Part shown: piece after piece, positions 34,115 through 48,709 of the stretch
Layout: the number at the start of each line of letters is the position of its first letter
Numbering within the stretch: position 1 is the stretch's first letter
Source: Basidiobolus meristosporus CBS 931.73
Lineage: Eukaryota > Fungi > Basidiobolomycota
Length of the DNA: 64,000 bases
Assembly: GCA_002104905.1 (NCBI GenBank)
Contig: MCFE01000455.1
Location: 8,575-72,574, forward strand
Reading direction: 5' to 3'
The notes under the pieces: generated by a model
Databases searched by the model: none
Seen by the model: only the letters and a program-made list of their open reading frames with translations
What the model was told of the DNA's origin: nothing
Translations under genes and position numbers: made by a program

Positions 34115-37100
34115 AGACTTGCTCTGTATCTCAGTGGTTAATTGGTCCAAAAGTATCTTGAAGATGTCAGTCCCCAATTGGCACTTTGACCAATACACAA
34201 GCTACCTGATTTGCCATCAAATATCCCATTTTGCCCATTAAGCAAGTAAATCCCTGATCCTAGCAATTGGACAAGGCATCATAGCTGGCACACAACCAAT
34301 TGTATGGGTGCAAATCAGATCAAATGGCTGCACTGGTGCCACAGATGATGTTAACATATGCAGGATGTTTATTTCTAAGATTCCTGTCTCAAATGTGAGA
34401 TGACCTTGATATTGCTTATATCAAGAATTTGGTGATCACTGATTTGCAATGGCTTGATTTGGATTGCATAACAAAATTCATTGTTTGGATCACTACAAAT
34501 AATAGCAGTTCAATGCAATTGCATCATCTTCTACTAGGCTTTTTTCTCACAGGGACTACTACAGAAGCATTTGGTAGTGATTCACTTTGCACACCTAAAC
34601 TACTGTCTTGTTGACTATCCTCTTGGCTACTTGCGTATTTGGAGTCAGTATTTTGCCTCCTAGTTGATGAGTGCAATGCTGCAGCTTGGCCATGCTGAAT
34701 TGCTCCAGATGATGCAACTGAGCCAACCTGCAGTGTTACACACTGACATGTTCTTTTACTTGTCAAAGGCTCTGGTGGTGGAGGCACTTCATGTGGGTCA
34801 CCATCAGTCAGTTCACTAGAAGAAACTTGCTGATGGTCAGGTGTAATGGCATGCGCAGCTGCAACTTGATGTGCTGGCATGGCCCTTGGCTGAGTTTGAT
34901 GTGATGCTGCTTGTGACACAACTTGGCCCGCTCCAATGGACTTGTGTCTTTTTAAGCAGTTTGGCAGGTTCTGGTAGTTTTGCTCTGAAGTGTGAGCATT
35001 GAACCAATGTGCATTAAGTCAATGCGGGGCACTCTTGTGAAGGGTGTTGGTATAGTTTGGACTGATGTGTGCTGGTGCACTGAAGTTGTAAGGGATGGTA
35101 AGGAATTCAGTAAGGCATGCTGGTGAGATCTAGACAATGTTGCTTGCAGTCTTTATTCCTCCTCTTGAAGCTCAACTTCTGATTCCTCAAGGTATTCACT
35201 TATCCTTTGTCTAATACTTTGGAACTGTTGCCTGGATGAGTCATGCATATATTGCTCTTGGAAGCCACTTAGCTCTACTAATGTATCACATAATACATTA
35301 GTCATTTGAGGGAAAAACTCATTCAAAATCTATTTGGGTCACAAGGTCAAGGCACAAACAGACACGTCCAGCCTGTACTGAGCAAATTGCATGCAAAATT
35401 GTTCCTGCGTGGTTTCCTCATCAACTCCCCTCACTCTCAGCTCATTCTTGATTTCAATACTTGTCTTGTTATATATCTTCTTACATAAATCTGCTGGCTC
35501 CTTGATGTAAAACTCATGCCACAGCTTTTGACTCAGGTTCTTCCATCTCTGTCAGCTCTCCAAGGTACCTAGTTCTGCTGGATTAATCAGTAGTGCCCAA
35601 ATATCTGTATGAAGGCTCTTCATAGACACTTGGGCCATACTGAAATCATTTGGTGAGAACTCAAACAGATCCAACATTGCCTTTTCCAGTCCAGACCGCG
35701 CTTGTGAGCTGGGGAATGGGTTTTGTCTAGGTTGAACTAAAGATGAGTTGAGACTTGGTATAGGGACCATAATGACGGATTTGGATAATTCTACAGTGGT
35801 GTATTGACATCAACCTGGTCTTATATGAAATATATATGAAAACTAACGTGATTGTTAAATTTACCATATATTATGCATGATGCATCTTGGATTGCATTGA
35901 CACAGATCAGATCACATCAATTGCAGATTTCCTGTTTGATTATGGACTTGTGAGTAAAACATCAATAAAAATACCCAGTCATTGTTTGAGGATGATTTTG
36001 CAACATAATGATGGGATACATGGCAATTGATGGAGATTTAATCATAATGCATGAAAAATCAGATGAATAAAGATGATTGTGTCAAATCAAACCACATCAT
36101 CTCAGCCCAATCCTTACCAATTTTATTATGATTTACTTATCTGAATGGTCTTTTCTCATTAATCCCATCACTGCCACCGGATTTCCTTTTGACACACTGG
36201 AGGAGATCTATACCAAGTACTGTGGTCCATCTACCCCAATCTACTTGAGGAGATCCCTTGTTAAGCTTTTCTGCTATTACAAGAACTATTGCCCTACAAG
36301 GTTTTATCCCACCATCCATGGCAACAGAAGTCCTAGAAGCTTTCATTCCCAGCTGACAGCAATGGAGAACCGCCTTGCAGAGGGTATGAATGACTTAGAG
36401 CAAGCTTGGTGTACTAGGTTCAGAAGCTCCAATTGGCTTCCATATCCCAGAGTGTTCAGTAACAGGTTCCATATATGGAGTGTTTTGGATACCTTCCCAG
36501 TCAGGATTAACAGACCTTCTAGAGGGCAGAGGCACTTTTACTCTGGCAAGTACAAGGCACACTGTGTGAGTTTCAGGCACTGTCTGACATTGAGGGTAAC
36601 ATCATCTGGTTTAGTGGGCATTTACTGGAAGTAGGCATGACAAAGAATTCTGGGTAGAGAATCATCCAGAATTCAGTAGAGGGGAGAAATGTATGGCAGA
36701 CTTTGCTTATATAGCAGAGGATTGTAAGAGATTTGGATGTATTGCAGCTTTTAGGAATCCAAGGAATGGTGTGCTTAGCAGGAGGCAGAAGCTCTACCAT
36801 TAGATATTTAATCATTTCAGAGTGAGGGTAGAGCATACATTTGGATATCCAGAGAGATTCAGCATATTGGCAGGTAAATACAGAGGAAAGTGATATATAG
36901 GAGAAAACAACAGAAAAGGTAAAACAGTTAAGATACTTATCAATGCACAGTATATTCAAACAAGAAGACATCCACTGAGAGAAATGTGTCTGGAGCATAT
37001 GTAGATTAAATAAAGCAAGGAAAGCACTACTCCAAGCAACATAAGTAAAATTGAGTAAAATTACCAGTAACTATATCCTACCACTGGCATTATGGTAGCA

Positions 37101-37182
37101 ATTATAGTGCCAGAGAGTGCCAGATCAATTTGGCACTATAAACAGGCTGGTACTATGTGGCACTATCCAATGGAACTAATCT
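34115..37182 (+). mobile_element. Intermediate-age Pangu copy, both ORFs dead, with a ~340-bp deletion behind the left TIR
   Basis: AGACTTGCT ... GGAACTAATCT ends, flanks AAT/ATT, colinear with 776-3831. Most CpGs are converted to TG/CA. Confidence 0.88.
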
Positions 37183-37185
37183 ATT

Positions 37186-37553
37186 ACTTTGTGGCTAATA
37201 ATTAAATATAGTGCTAGATAGTACCCGTGGACCAAGATAGTGCCATGCATTTTTGTGACATGTTACAAGCCACAGGAGCTAGATTCAGAGTGCCATGGGT
37301 ATTGAGTACCTGATGCATGACCTCAATCCTTTTGTGCTCTTACACATCCTGCAAAACAATGACCTAGAAAAAAAGGTCAAAAAATGGATTTTCTCCAAGA
37401 CAATGGGTAAAACACAGCAGTGGCATAAGATGAAGATGCAGAGCTATGTTTCACACTCTATGGCCAAGTATAGATTCACTTGGCCTCTCTGGCACACCAT
37501 GGCATCATTTGGCACTCATGGCTCAATGTAGCACTATCCAACAAAACAAGTCT
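37186..37553. mobile_element. Spacer and complete right arm of the fold-back MITE
   Basis: Begins with the spacer seen at 18760-18790, is the reverse complement of 18397-18745, and ends AAAACAAGTCT. Confidence 0.75.
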
Positions 37554-37559
37554 AAGATC

Positions 37560-38370
37560 CAATACTTGGATATGTTTTGTTTATGTAAATGGAAATGAAT
37601 GCATATCAAACTATAAGCTACGCTGATACTTATTGTTTTGATTACTATCACCCCACTTGAATGGAAGGATGTTTAAGTATGCAGAGTTTCTATTTATTGG
37701 GGATTTGTCTTGTATGTGAGAGGACTTCAATATTACTTATTTCAAAGCTTAGTGATCAGTGCTTTGTAATGACTCAATTTATATTGCAAAAAAATCTGTT
37801 GTTTGGATCTTGACAAATGATAGCAATTTAATGAAATTTTATCATCTCCTCCAGGTTTTTTCTCACAGAGATTATTACTGGAGCATTTGGTAGTGATTCA
37901 ATTTGCACATCTAAGCTACTTTCTTGTTGACTTTTATCTTACCTATTTGTGTACTTGTAGCCAGTATTTTGCCTCCTGGTTAATGTGTACACTTCTGGAA
38001 CTTGACTGTGCTGATTTGCTCCAGATGAAGTTGCAGAACCTGCCTGAAATGCCATGTATTAATGTGTTGCTTTACTTGCTAAAGGCTCCAGTGGTGCAGG
38101 CACTTCCAGTGGGTCATTGTCAGTCAGCTAACCAGACATTACTTGCTGATGGTCAGGTGTAATGGCAGGCATAGACACAACTTGATGCATGGACATGGCC
38201 CTTGGCTGAGTTCAATGTGATACAACATATTGAAACCACTTGACCTGCTCTAATGGAGTTGTGCCTTATTGAGTAGCTTGGCAAGTCCTGGTAGCAATGC
38301 TCTAAACCATGAGCATTGACCCAGTGCGTGGTGCTCTTGTGAAGGGTGTGGTATAGATTGGACTGATGTG
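37560..38370 (+). mobile_element. Very old Pangu fragment (left noncoding region plus ORF1 3' end)
   Basis: Diverged similarity to 674-750 and 1020-1700, almost CpG-free. Confidence 0.7.
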
Positions 38371-40023
38371 GCTGGCACACTAGTGTTCCAAGGGACGGTA
38401 AGGAATCCTGCAAGGCATGCTGTTGCAATCTTTACAAAGTTGCCCACAGTCTGTCCCATTACAGGATGGGAGGGAGATAATATAGTGTTTGTACCAGAGC
38501 CTAAAAATCAAAAGACATTGAAGATCTGTGAAGACATTAAGTGCAATGATAAAAAGTGGGCTAATAGTTGGAAGGTCATTAGAAATCTAGCACACCAACA
38601 CTTTAAGGCCAGCATACCATGGGATCATTGGAAACTCAAGGATAAGCAGGATTTGCTTGGTCTGTTCCATGAGCATGATCCTGGATTCAAAAAAGCACAC
38701 ATATCTTGGGCCAGCATTGGTATGCTAAGAGAGTATCTCAACAATAACAGAAACTATCAAAGGCAGAAGAACAAGGGTGCAATGGCTAAACCCAGCAACT
38801 TCCTCAAGAGCCTGTTACAAGCTGATCCAAAAGCTCCAAACAAGTGCCAAAAAGACATCAGGTAGCTGAAAGAGCGGCAATAAGGACAAGCAGGCAGACA
38901 CAGATGCACCAGCACAACATTTATCAAGAAAAAAGGGTATTTCCACTAACAAAGCACACAGTCAAAGTAGCAGTGAAAGAATTGGCATTGGCAATTTAGA
39001 AGGTAAAGGGAAAAAAGTATACCCAAGCCAGAGCCAGGGAAGCATTAGAAAAAAGGTGTGGTTCTTGCCAACTAATGCTGTAAGCCTGGAACAGACTGAA
39101 TCCCATCATAGCCAAGAAGAATTACCAACAAGAAAACAGCTATTTTCACAAGAGTTGGAAGCACAGCCAGTTGAGCTACACTCCAGTGAGGTAGATGAGC
39201 TTTCAGAGAACGGCAATACATCTACCACAGCCTCCATGTCCTCCATTATTGACAGAGTGGTGATCCCACTGACAGATAAAGTAACATTATCAAGAACTCA
39301 AAAAGTTATCATAGTGCCTTCAGTGGAATTTTGGACCGTTGATAGGCACACCAAGAGGTTGCAGCGCTTCTTTGAGAGCAGTGCTTAAGAAAATGCACTT
39401 GAATATTGCAAGGACTTATTGCAAAGTCTGGTAGATGAGATGCTTGACCTTTCATTGCTGGCTAAAGACTAGGACATGTGGGAATCAGTGAAAGAACAGT
39501 GGCACAAAGCTGCAGCATTCCTGCTAAAGTCATGGAAAAAGGACATAACTGCAGAAATGCTTTTCAAATGGTGGATTTTAATGGAGTTACCTTTGAAATG
39601 TAGGGTTGGACTTAATGTTAGTGATGAATATAGGGACTTGTATAGGCCAGTACAGTTGGCAATTGAGATACAACTGAAGTTTCAATAGGAACATATCAAT
39701 TTATTTGCATGTGAATAAGAGAATTGGTTGAGTCATGAAGTAATGAGTGTGAAAAGAGGCAATAACCAATCAATGTGCATAAACATAGAAGGTGATTGAG
39801 TGTCCAGGATCAGGGAGTGAGAAAATTGGCTGAGGACCAATCAAAAGCCACTTATGTATTGTTGTGATGAAAGATTTTGACTATGTTCTTTGTGAAATCT
39901 GAGGTGCAATTATTTTTCAACAGTCTGTGCATGGTATCCCAGTGGGAACAATACCTCTTAGTCATGGGGCTTTAATTTTGTGATGGCCTTCTAACAGGAT
40001 CATCACAATTATTTCTCATAGGG
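38370..40023. mobile_element. CACTA ORF2 3' half and right terminus
   Basis: ORFs 38368-38865, 39056-39388 and 39476-39688 match 10946-12430. Ends ATTTCTCATAGGG. Confidence 0.85.
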
Positions 40024-43000
40024 GTAGCTGCTGGTTTACAGTCTTCCATTTGGAACTTCTTTAGTAAATCTTGGATATACTTGGATTGGCTCTGGGTGAT
40101 AGTCCAGGTATCTCTGTCTATGGGGAACTTTATCTCTGGGTAGTAACTTAATCCTCCAAGATTGGACATCTTGTACTCCTTAGATGGGCTGGACTTGGTA
40201 TCTTCCAATGTTTCCAGAATATTGGTAGCTATGACAAGATTGTCCTCATAAAGAGCCAATAAAGCTGTACTTGCTCTTTCTGGCTTATAGTATATACAAT
40301 AGTCAGCACTACTCCTTTGGAAGCTCAAATATTCTAAATATGAACCTATCTTGCAATTCCAGGCTCTTGGTGATTGTTTGAGACCATATAGAGATTTTTT
40401 AGGCTTGCTGACCAAATGGGGGTTATATTGGTCAGCAAACCTATCAGACTGGTCCATGTGCATGTCCCCATCAAATTCTCCTTTCAAAAATGCAGCTTTG
40501 ACATCCTTGTGATGTCTAAAAACATGTATTTGGCTTCAATAGCCTATACTAATCTGATAAAATTAAACTTGGCTACCAGTACAAAGGGCTCAGTATAGTC
40601 AAGTCCTTTTGTTTGAGAGTGTCTTTTGGCCAAAAATTTTGCTTTGTATCTTTCATTTGTACCATCAGCCTTGTTTTATGTCTTGAAAACCCATATGCAT
40701 CCAATTGATCTCCAGCTGAATGGTAATTTGACTGAGATCCAAATTTGACTCTTCATCAGGGCCTGATACTGCTCAGTAATTGCATATTTCCAAAACTTTG
40801 TCTGAGGACTATTTAGGACCTCTTTTACAGTCCGTAGCTCATCAATGTGGACTGAATAGGCACAGGCTAAGCTTGTACCTTTACTGATATAGTAACTTGG
40901 GCTATTTCTGGTCCAGTTGAATATCCTGGCTTGTGACACTGGATTGATCACTTCTGGGATATTCCTGGGTACAGATTCAGGCTGAAACATGGGTGAAAAA
41001 AATATCACTGTTTAACCCTGATTCTATCCTCACTATCAGTGGGCCTGTGATCAGACTTTGGTCATCATCAGATGTCATTTGTTGTGAGAACTCTGAGTTT
41101 TCATCAAACATTGCATCCCTGGACTTGATCAGCTTCTTTGCTTTGGTACTGTGAAGTCTGTATGCTTTACTCTTGTAAAGGAGCTCAACAATATGTATTC
41201 TACACTCTCTGGCTCAGATTTTGACTGATTTCCAGGCAGTTTCTCAGCAAATGCTTTACACCCAAGTATTTTTATATGTTGTGAGCTTGGTCTGCATCCA
41301 TGGCATACCTCAAATGGAGTAGACTTACATAGTATTCTATTAAAACTCCTACCCTTAAGGTACACAGCTGTATCAACTGACACTGCCCAAAAATCATAGG
41401 ATAATTTTTGATCATGGATGATAGATCTTGTCATATCATTTATTGATCTGTTTTCATATTTGCTACTTATTAGACTTGTTCTGTTGGATAGTGCCACATA
41501 GTGCCAGCCTGTTTATGGTGCCAAATTGATCTGGCACTCTCTGGCACTATAATTTCTACCATGATGCCAGTGGTATGATACAGTTACTGGTAATTTTACT
41601 CAATCTTACTTATGTTGCTCAGAATAGTGCTTTCCTTGCTTTATTTACTCTTCATAATGCTCCAGACACATTTCTCTCAGTGGATGTCTTCTTGTATGAA
41701 TATACTGTGCATTGATAAGTATCTTAACTGTTTTACCTATTCTGCTGTTTACTCCTATATATGACTTTCCTCTGTATTTACCTGCCAATATGCTGAATTT
41801 CTTCAGATATCCAAATGTGTGCTCTACCCTCACACTGAAATGATTAAATATCTCATTGTAGAGCTTCTGCTTCCTGCTAAGCACACCATTCCTTGGCTTC
41901 CTATAAGCTGTAATACATCCTAATCTCTGACAATCCTCTCCTAGATAGGCTAAGTCTGCCATACATTTCTCCACTCTACTGAATTATGGATGATTCTCTA
42001 CCCAGAGTGCTTTGTCATGCCTACTTCCAGCAAATGCCCACTAAACCAGATGATGTTACCCTCAATGTCAGACAGTGCTTGAAACTTCACACAGTGTGCC
42101 TTGTACTTGCCAGAATAAAAGTGCCTCTGCCCTCTAGAAGGTCTGTTAATCCTCACTGGGAAGGTATCCAAAATACTCCTGATATGGAACCGGTTGCTGA
42201 ACACTCTGGGATATGGAAGTCTATTGGAGCTTCTGAACCTAGTATTCCAAGCTTGCTCTAAGTCATTCATACCCTCTGCAAGGTGGTTCTCCATTATTGT
42301 CAGCTGGGAATGAAAGCTTCTAGGACTTCTGCTGCCATGGACGGTGGGATGAAACCTTGTAGGGCAATAGTTCTTGTAATAGCAGAGAAGCTTAACAAGG
42401 GATCTCCTTGAGTAGATTGGGGTTGATGGTCCACAGTACTTGGAATAGATTTCCTCTAGTGTGTCAAAAGGAAATCCAGTGGTAGTGATGGGATTGATGA
42501 GAAAAGACTATTCAGATGAGTAAGTCATATTAAAATTGGTGGATGATTGTATGGAGGCGGTTTGAATCAATTCAGCACAATCTGCGTTATTTATCTGATT
42601 TTTAATGCATTACAGTTAAATCTCCATCAATTGCCATGTATCCCATCATTATGTTGTAAAAATCATCCGCAAACAATGCCTTGGTACTTTTATTGATGCT
42701 TTAATCATAGGTCTATAATCAAATAGGAAATCTGTAATTGATGTGATCTGATCCATGTCAACGCAATCCAAGATGCATCATGCATAATATATGGAAAGTT
42801 CAACAATCACATTAGTTTTCATATATATCTCATATAAGACCAGGTTGATGCCAATATAGTGCTGTATAAGTATCCAAATCCGTTGCTATGGTCCCCATAC
42901 TAAGCCTCAACTCATCTTTAGTACAACCCAGACAAAACCCATCCCCCAGCTCACAAGCGCGGTCCGGACCGGAAAAGTTGATGTTGGATCCCTTTGAGTT

Positions 43001-43512
43001 CTTGCCAAATGATTTTAGTATGGGCCAAGTGTCTATGATGAGCATTCATACAGATATCTGGGCACTACTGATTAATCTAGCAGAACTAGATACCTCAGAG
43101 AGTTGACAAAGATGGAAGAATTTGAGTAGAAAGCTGTGGCATGAGTTCTACATCAAGATGCCAGCCAATGTATGTAAAAAGATATATAACAAGACAGGTA
43201 TTGAAATCAAGAATGAGCTGAGAGTGAGGGGATTTGACAAAGAAGCCACGCGGGAATGATTTTGCACGCAACTTGCACAGCACAGGCCGGACACATCCGT
43301 TCATGCCTCAACTTTGGGAATCAAATAGATCTTGAATGAGTTTTTGCCTCAAATGACTAATGTACTACGTGATATATTAGTAGAGCTAAGTGGCTTCCAA
43401 GAGCAATATACACAGAACTCATCCAGGCAACAGCTCCAAAGTATCAGACAGAGGGTAGGAGAATACCTTGAGGAATCAGATGGTGAGCTTCAGGAGGAAG
43501 AATAAAGACCGC

Positions 43513-44583
43513 TGTGGTGGTGTATAAGTCCAAGGGAGAGATACATCCAACACTTCTCAAGTGTTTTGTGTGTGGGGTGTTCACTGGGTGCAATAACCTC
43601 TGGCAAAAGCTTGCTAAGAATACTTGGATTCTGTCTCTAATCTAATATGATGGGGAATAAAGCCACAAGCTTGTCAAGGGAAAACTCTTGAGCTACAATC
43701 CCCAACTTAGTTGGCGTCTTAACAAAAGTATGTGCTGGGTTCAGCGTCCTTTGAGATGACAATGTACTAAAGCTTCCAAAGTCAAAACAACTGTAAACTC
43801 CACCAGCAGGGACTTGATAAGAATGCAGCTGTGGTCAATAGTTACAAAGACAGAAAAGTATCTTTGCCTGTACAAGAACAAACTTGGGAAAGAATCAAAT
43901 ATAGTAAAAGATACCTACTCTGAGTATTCCTCACAAGTAGTGCCTCCAAGGTCAGTTGGCTGTCAGCGTGGTTTCCTGGGAGTGTCCTGTGGTCTGGGGT
44001 TGGAAGTTCATGTAGCAGCAGGTAGCAGTGATCACACTAATCAACAAGTTGGTATATTGATAAAAGGGATGATGATTTATTGTAGAGGGATAGCCTCCCT
44101 TATATACTTTTCTCACTGGCTAAGTGATTACTAATCATGGTGTTCCAGAAGGTTCCAGACATCAATAGAAATCTTAATGACATCAGAATGACCTAAGAAT
44201 GTTCTAAGTAGGTGCCGGAAGGTTCTAAGAGGCACAGCACATCCAACCAATCAGGAATCAGTATTCTGAAACCTGCGTAACATGTGGATACTATATATGG
44301 TATGGAAATGCTAGGGATGGTGGCACAGGTTGATCATATGTCACAGGTACTGGCGTGGTTACTTGCCTAATATAGAAGCACTTATAGCTAGTAATCTTAC
44401 ATAAGGTGAGGGGTAACTTATCCAATAAGGTAAGCAGGTGTGATAGTCAACTGGCTTATGGGATAGTACTGATTGGGTAAGACAAATGGGATAAAACTAA
44501 AATAAATGTAGTAGAGATATAGGGAAGTAGAAAATGAGGGAATGAGCACATCCGTTAGTGGGTGTCACTGTCACCCCACTACA
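43513..44583. mobile_element. 1071-bp solo LTR of an otherwise unrepresented family
   Basis: TGTGGTGG ... CCACTACA terminal inverted repeat and a perfect 4-bp TSD CCGC. ORF1 rejoins across it. No coding potential; TATATAA on the minus strand near 44100. Confidence 0.8.
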
Positions 44584-45309
44584 CCGCTAGCAACATTGTC
44601 CAGATTGCGCCAGCATGCCTTGCTGGATTCCCTACCATCTCTTGCAACCACAGCATGCCGGTGCATGTCGGTCCAGACCACGCCAACACCCTTTACCAGA
44701 ATGCCCCACATGAAGTCAACGTGCATTGAGTCAACATGCGTTTGGTCAACGCGTATGCTTCAGAGCAAAACTACAAGAACTTGCCAAACTGCTCATTTGG
44801 ACACAAGTCCATTGGAGCGGACCAAGTTGCGTCAACATGCAGCATCACATCAAACTCAGCCAAAGGCCATCTCAACACGTCAAGGCATGCCTGCACGTGC
44901 CATTTCACCTGACCATCAGCATGTTACTTCTGGTGAACTTACTGATGATGGCCAACATGAAGTGCCTCAACCACCGGAGCCCTTAGCAAGTAAAAGAATG
45001 CATCAGCATGTGGCACTACAGGCTGGTTCAGTTGGTTCAGTTGCAGCAATTTAGCATGGCCAAGCTGCAGCATAGCACTCATCAACTAGGAGGCAAAATA
45101 CTGACTACAAATACACAAGTAGCCAAGATGATAGTCAGCCAGGAAGTAGTATAGATGTGCAAAGTGAGTTACTACCAAATGCTTCAGTAGTAATCCCTGT
45201 GAGAAAAAAACCCAGGAGAAGATGATGCAATCGCTTTGAATTACTCACATTTGTAATGATCCCAACAACCCTTTTTTTTGCAATCCAAATCAAGCCATTG
45301 CAAATCATT

Positions 45310-48300
45310 AGACTTGTTCCATTGTACCATGCCAGGGCGTGCAGCGCGATCCGCGGTTGCAAAGAACAATTGGGCGCGATATCATAGCTACCAGAAGGCA
45401 GGATTGTTCTTGGACAATTTTGCACCATGTGGGACGATCTTGCACTCTATGGCACAATCTGACACGATGAGGTTGGCACAGATGATTGCGCCAACTCGTA
45501 ATGTTTGCATCACGTGCGCGATCGGATACCGCTTTAATGGCAGGTAAAATCCGGTATTTGGATATGTTTCTTTAATGTAAATGGAAATAAATGTGCATCA
45601 CACTATAAACTACACTGATACTTACCATTTTGGTTACCCTCACTCCAATTGGACGGTATCTCAGTGGTTAATTGGTCCAAAAGTATCCTGAAGCTGGCAG
45701 CCCCCAATTGGCTCATTGACTACTGAAAAAGCTACCTAATTTGCCATCAAATATCCCATTTTGCCCATTGAGCAAGTAAATCCCTGATCCTAGTGATTGG
45801 GCTAGGTGTCATAGCTAGCACGCAAGCGATCATGTAGGTGCAAAACAGATCCAATTGCTGCACTGGTATTACAGATGACGTATATATATGCAGGGTGTTT
45901 ATTTATAGGGGTTCTGTCTCATATGTGAGACGACCTTGATATTACTTATATCAAAAATTTGATGATCACTGATTTGCAATGGCTCAATTTGGATTGCCAA
46001 AAAAAAGGGTTGTCAGGATCATTACAAATGTGAGCGATTCAAAGCGATTGCATCATCTTCTGGGTTTTTTTCTCACAGGGATTACTACTGAAGCATTTGG
46101 TAGTGACTCACTTTGCACACCTATACTACTTCCTGGCTGACTATCATCTTGGCTACTTGTGTATTTGTAGTCAGTATTTTGCCTCCTAGTTGATGAGTGC
46201 AATGCTGCAGCTTGGCCACGCTGAATTGCTCCGACTGAACCAACTGAACCGGCCTGTAGTGCCACGCGCTGACGCGTTCTTTTACTTGCCAAGGGCTCTG
46301 GTGGTTGAGGCACTTCATGTTGGTCATCATCAGTCAGTTCACCAGAAGTAACTCGCTGATGGTCGGGCAAAATGGCACGCACAGGCGCGCCTTGACACGT
46401 TGAGATGGCCCTTGGCTGAGTTTGATGCGATGCCACATGTTGACGCAACTTGGTCCGCTCCAATGGACTTGTGTCTAAATGAGCAGTTTGGCAAGTTCTC
46501 GTAGTTTTGCTCTGAAGCGTGTGCGTTGACTTGACGCGGGGCGTTCTGGTAAAGGGTGTTGGCGTGGTCTGGACTGACGTGCGCCGGCACGCTGTGGTTG
46601 CAAGTGATGGTAGGGAATCCAGCGAGGCATGCTGGCGCAATCTGGACGATGTTGCTTGCGGTCTGTATTCTTCCTCCTGAAGCTCACCATCTGATTCCTC
46701 AAGGTATTCACTTACCCTCTGTCTGATACTTTGGAGCTGTTGCCTGGATGAGTCCTGTGTATATTGCTCTTGGAAGCCACTTAGCTCTACTAATATATCC
46801 CGTAGTACATTAGTCATTTGAGGCAGAAACTCATTCAAAATCTCTTTGGTTCCCAAAGTTGAGGAACAAACAGACGCGTCCGGCCCATACTGTGCAAATT
46901 GCGCTCAAAATTGTTCCCGCGCGGCTTCTTCGTCAAATCCCCTCACTCTCAGCTCATTCTTGATTTCAATACTTGTCTTGTTATATATCTTTTTACATAC
47001 ATCGGCTGGCATCTTGATGTAGAACTCATGCCACAGCTTTCTACTCAAATTCTTCCATCTTTGTCAACTCTCTGAGGTATCTAGTTCTGCTAGATTAATC
47101 AGTAGTGCCCAAATATCTGTATGAAGGCTCATCATAGACACTTGGGCCATACTAAAATCATTTGGCAAGAACTCAAATGGATCTGACATTGACTTTTCCG
47201 GTCCGGACTGCGCTTGTGAGCTGGGGGATGGGTTTTGTCTGGGTTGTATTAAAGATGAGTTGAGGCTTGGTATGGGGACCATAGCAACAGATTTGGATAC
47301 TTATACAGCACTATATTGGCATCAACCTGGTCTTATATGAAATATATATGAAAACTAATGTGATTGTTGAATTTTCCATATATTATGCATGATGCATCTT
47401 GGATTGCGTTGACACGGATCAGATCACATCAATTACAGATTTCCTATTTGATTATAGACCTATGATTAAAGCATCAATAAAAGTACCAAGGCATTGTTTG
47501 CGGATGATTTTTGCAACATAATGATGGGATACATGGCAATTGATGGAGATTTAACCGTAATGTGTTAAAAATCAGATAAATAACGCAGATTGCGCCAAAT
47601 TGATTCAAACCACCTTCATACAATCATCCATCAATTTTAATATGACTTACTCATCTGAATGGTCTTTTCTCATCAATCCCATCACTACCACTGGATTTCC
47701 TTTTGACACACTGGAGGAGATCTATACCAAGTACTGTGGACCATCAACCCCAATCTACTCAAGGAGATCCCTTGTTAAGCTTCTCTGCTATTACAAGAAC
47801 TATTGCCCTACAAGGTTTCATCCCACCATCCATGGCAACAAAAGTCCTAGAAGCTTTCATTCCCAGCTGACAGCAATGGAGAACCACCTTGCAGAGGGTA
47901 TGAATGACTTAGAGCAAGCTTGAAATACTAGGTTCAGAAGCTCCAATAGACTTCCATATCCCAGAGTGTTCAGCAACAGGTTCCATATCAGGAGTATTTT
48001 GGATACCTTCCCAGTGAGGATTAACAGACCTTCTAGAGGGCAGAGGAACTTTTATTCTGGTAAGTACAAGGCACACTGTGTGAAGTTTCAAGCACTGTCT
48101 GACATTGAGGGTAACATCATCTGGTTTAGTGGGCCATTTGCTGGAAGTAGGCATGACAAAGCACTCTGGGTAGAGAATCATCCTGAATTCAGTAGAGGGG
48201 AGAAATGTATGGCAGACTTAGCCTATATAGGAGAGGATTGTCAGAGATTAGGATGTATTACAGCTTATAGGAAGCCAAGGAATGGTGTGCTTAGCAGGAA

Positions 48301-48709
48301 GCAGAAGCTCTACAATGAGATATTTAATCATTTCAGAGTGAGGGTAGAGCACACATTTGGATATCTGAAGAGATTCAGCATATTGGCAGGTAAATACAGA
48401 GGAAAGTCATATATAGGTGAAAACAGCAGGATAGGTAAAATAGTTAAGATACTTATTAATGCACAGTATGTTCATACAAGAAGACATCCACTGAGAGAAA
48501 TGTGTCTGGAGCATTATGAAGAGTAAATAAAGCAAGGAAAGCACTATTCTGAGCAACATAAGTAAGATTGAGTAAAATTACCAGTAACTGTATCATACCA
48601 CTGGCATCATGGTAGAAACTATAGTGCCAGATAGTGCCGTAGAGTGCCAGATTGATCCGGCACTATAAACAGGCTGGCACTATGTGGCACTATCCAACGG
48701 AACAAGTCT
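45310..48709 (+). mobile_element. Second young full-length Pangu copy (3400 bp)
   Basis: Perfect 11-bp TIRs and TSD ATT/AGT (host site AGT). ORF1 46053-47282 has a TGA at 47064; the transposase 47642-48526 has TGG>TGA at 47921. Confidence 0.93.
47642..48526 (+). pseudogene. Pangu DDE transposase with a single premature stop
   Basis: Same motifs as 2766-3648, in one frame apart from TGA at 47921-47923 where the other copy has TGG. Confidence 0.9.
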
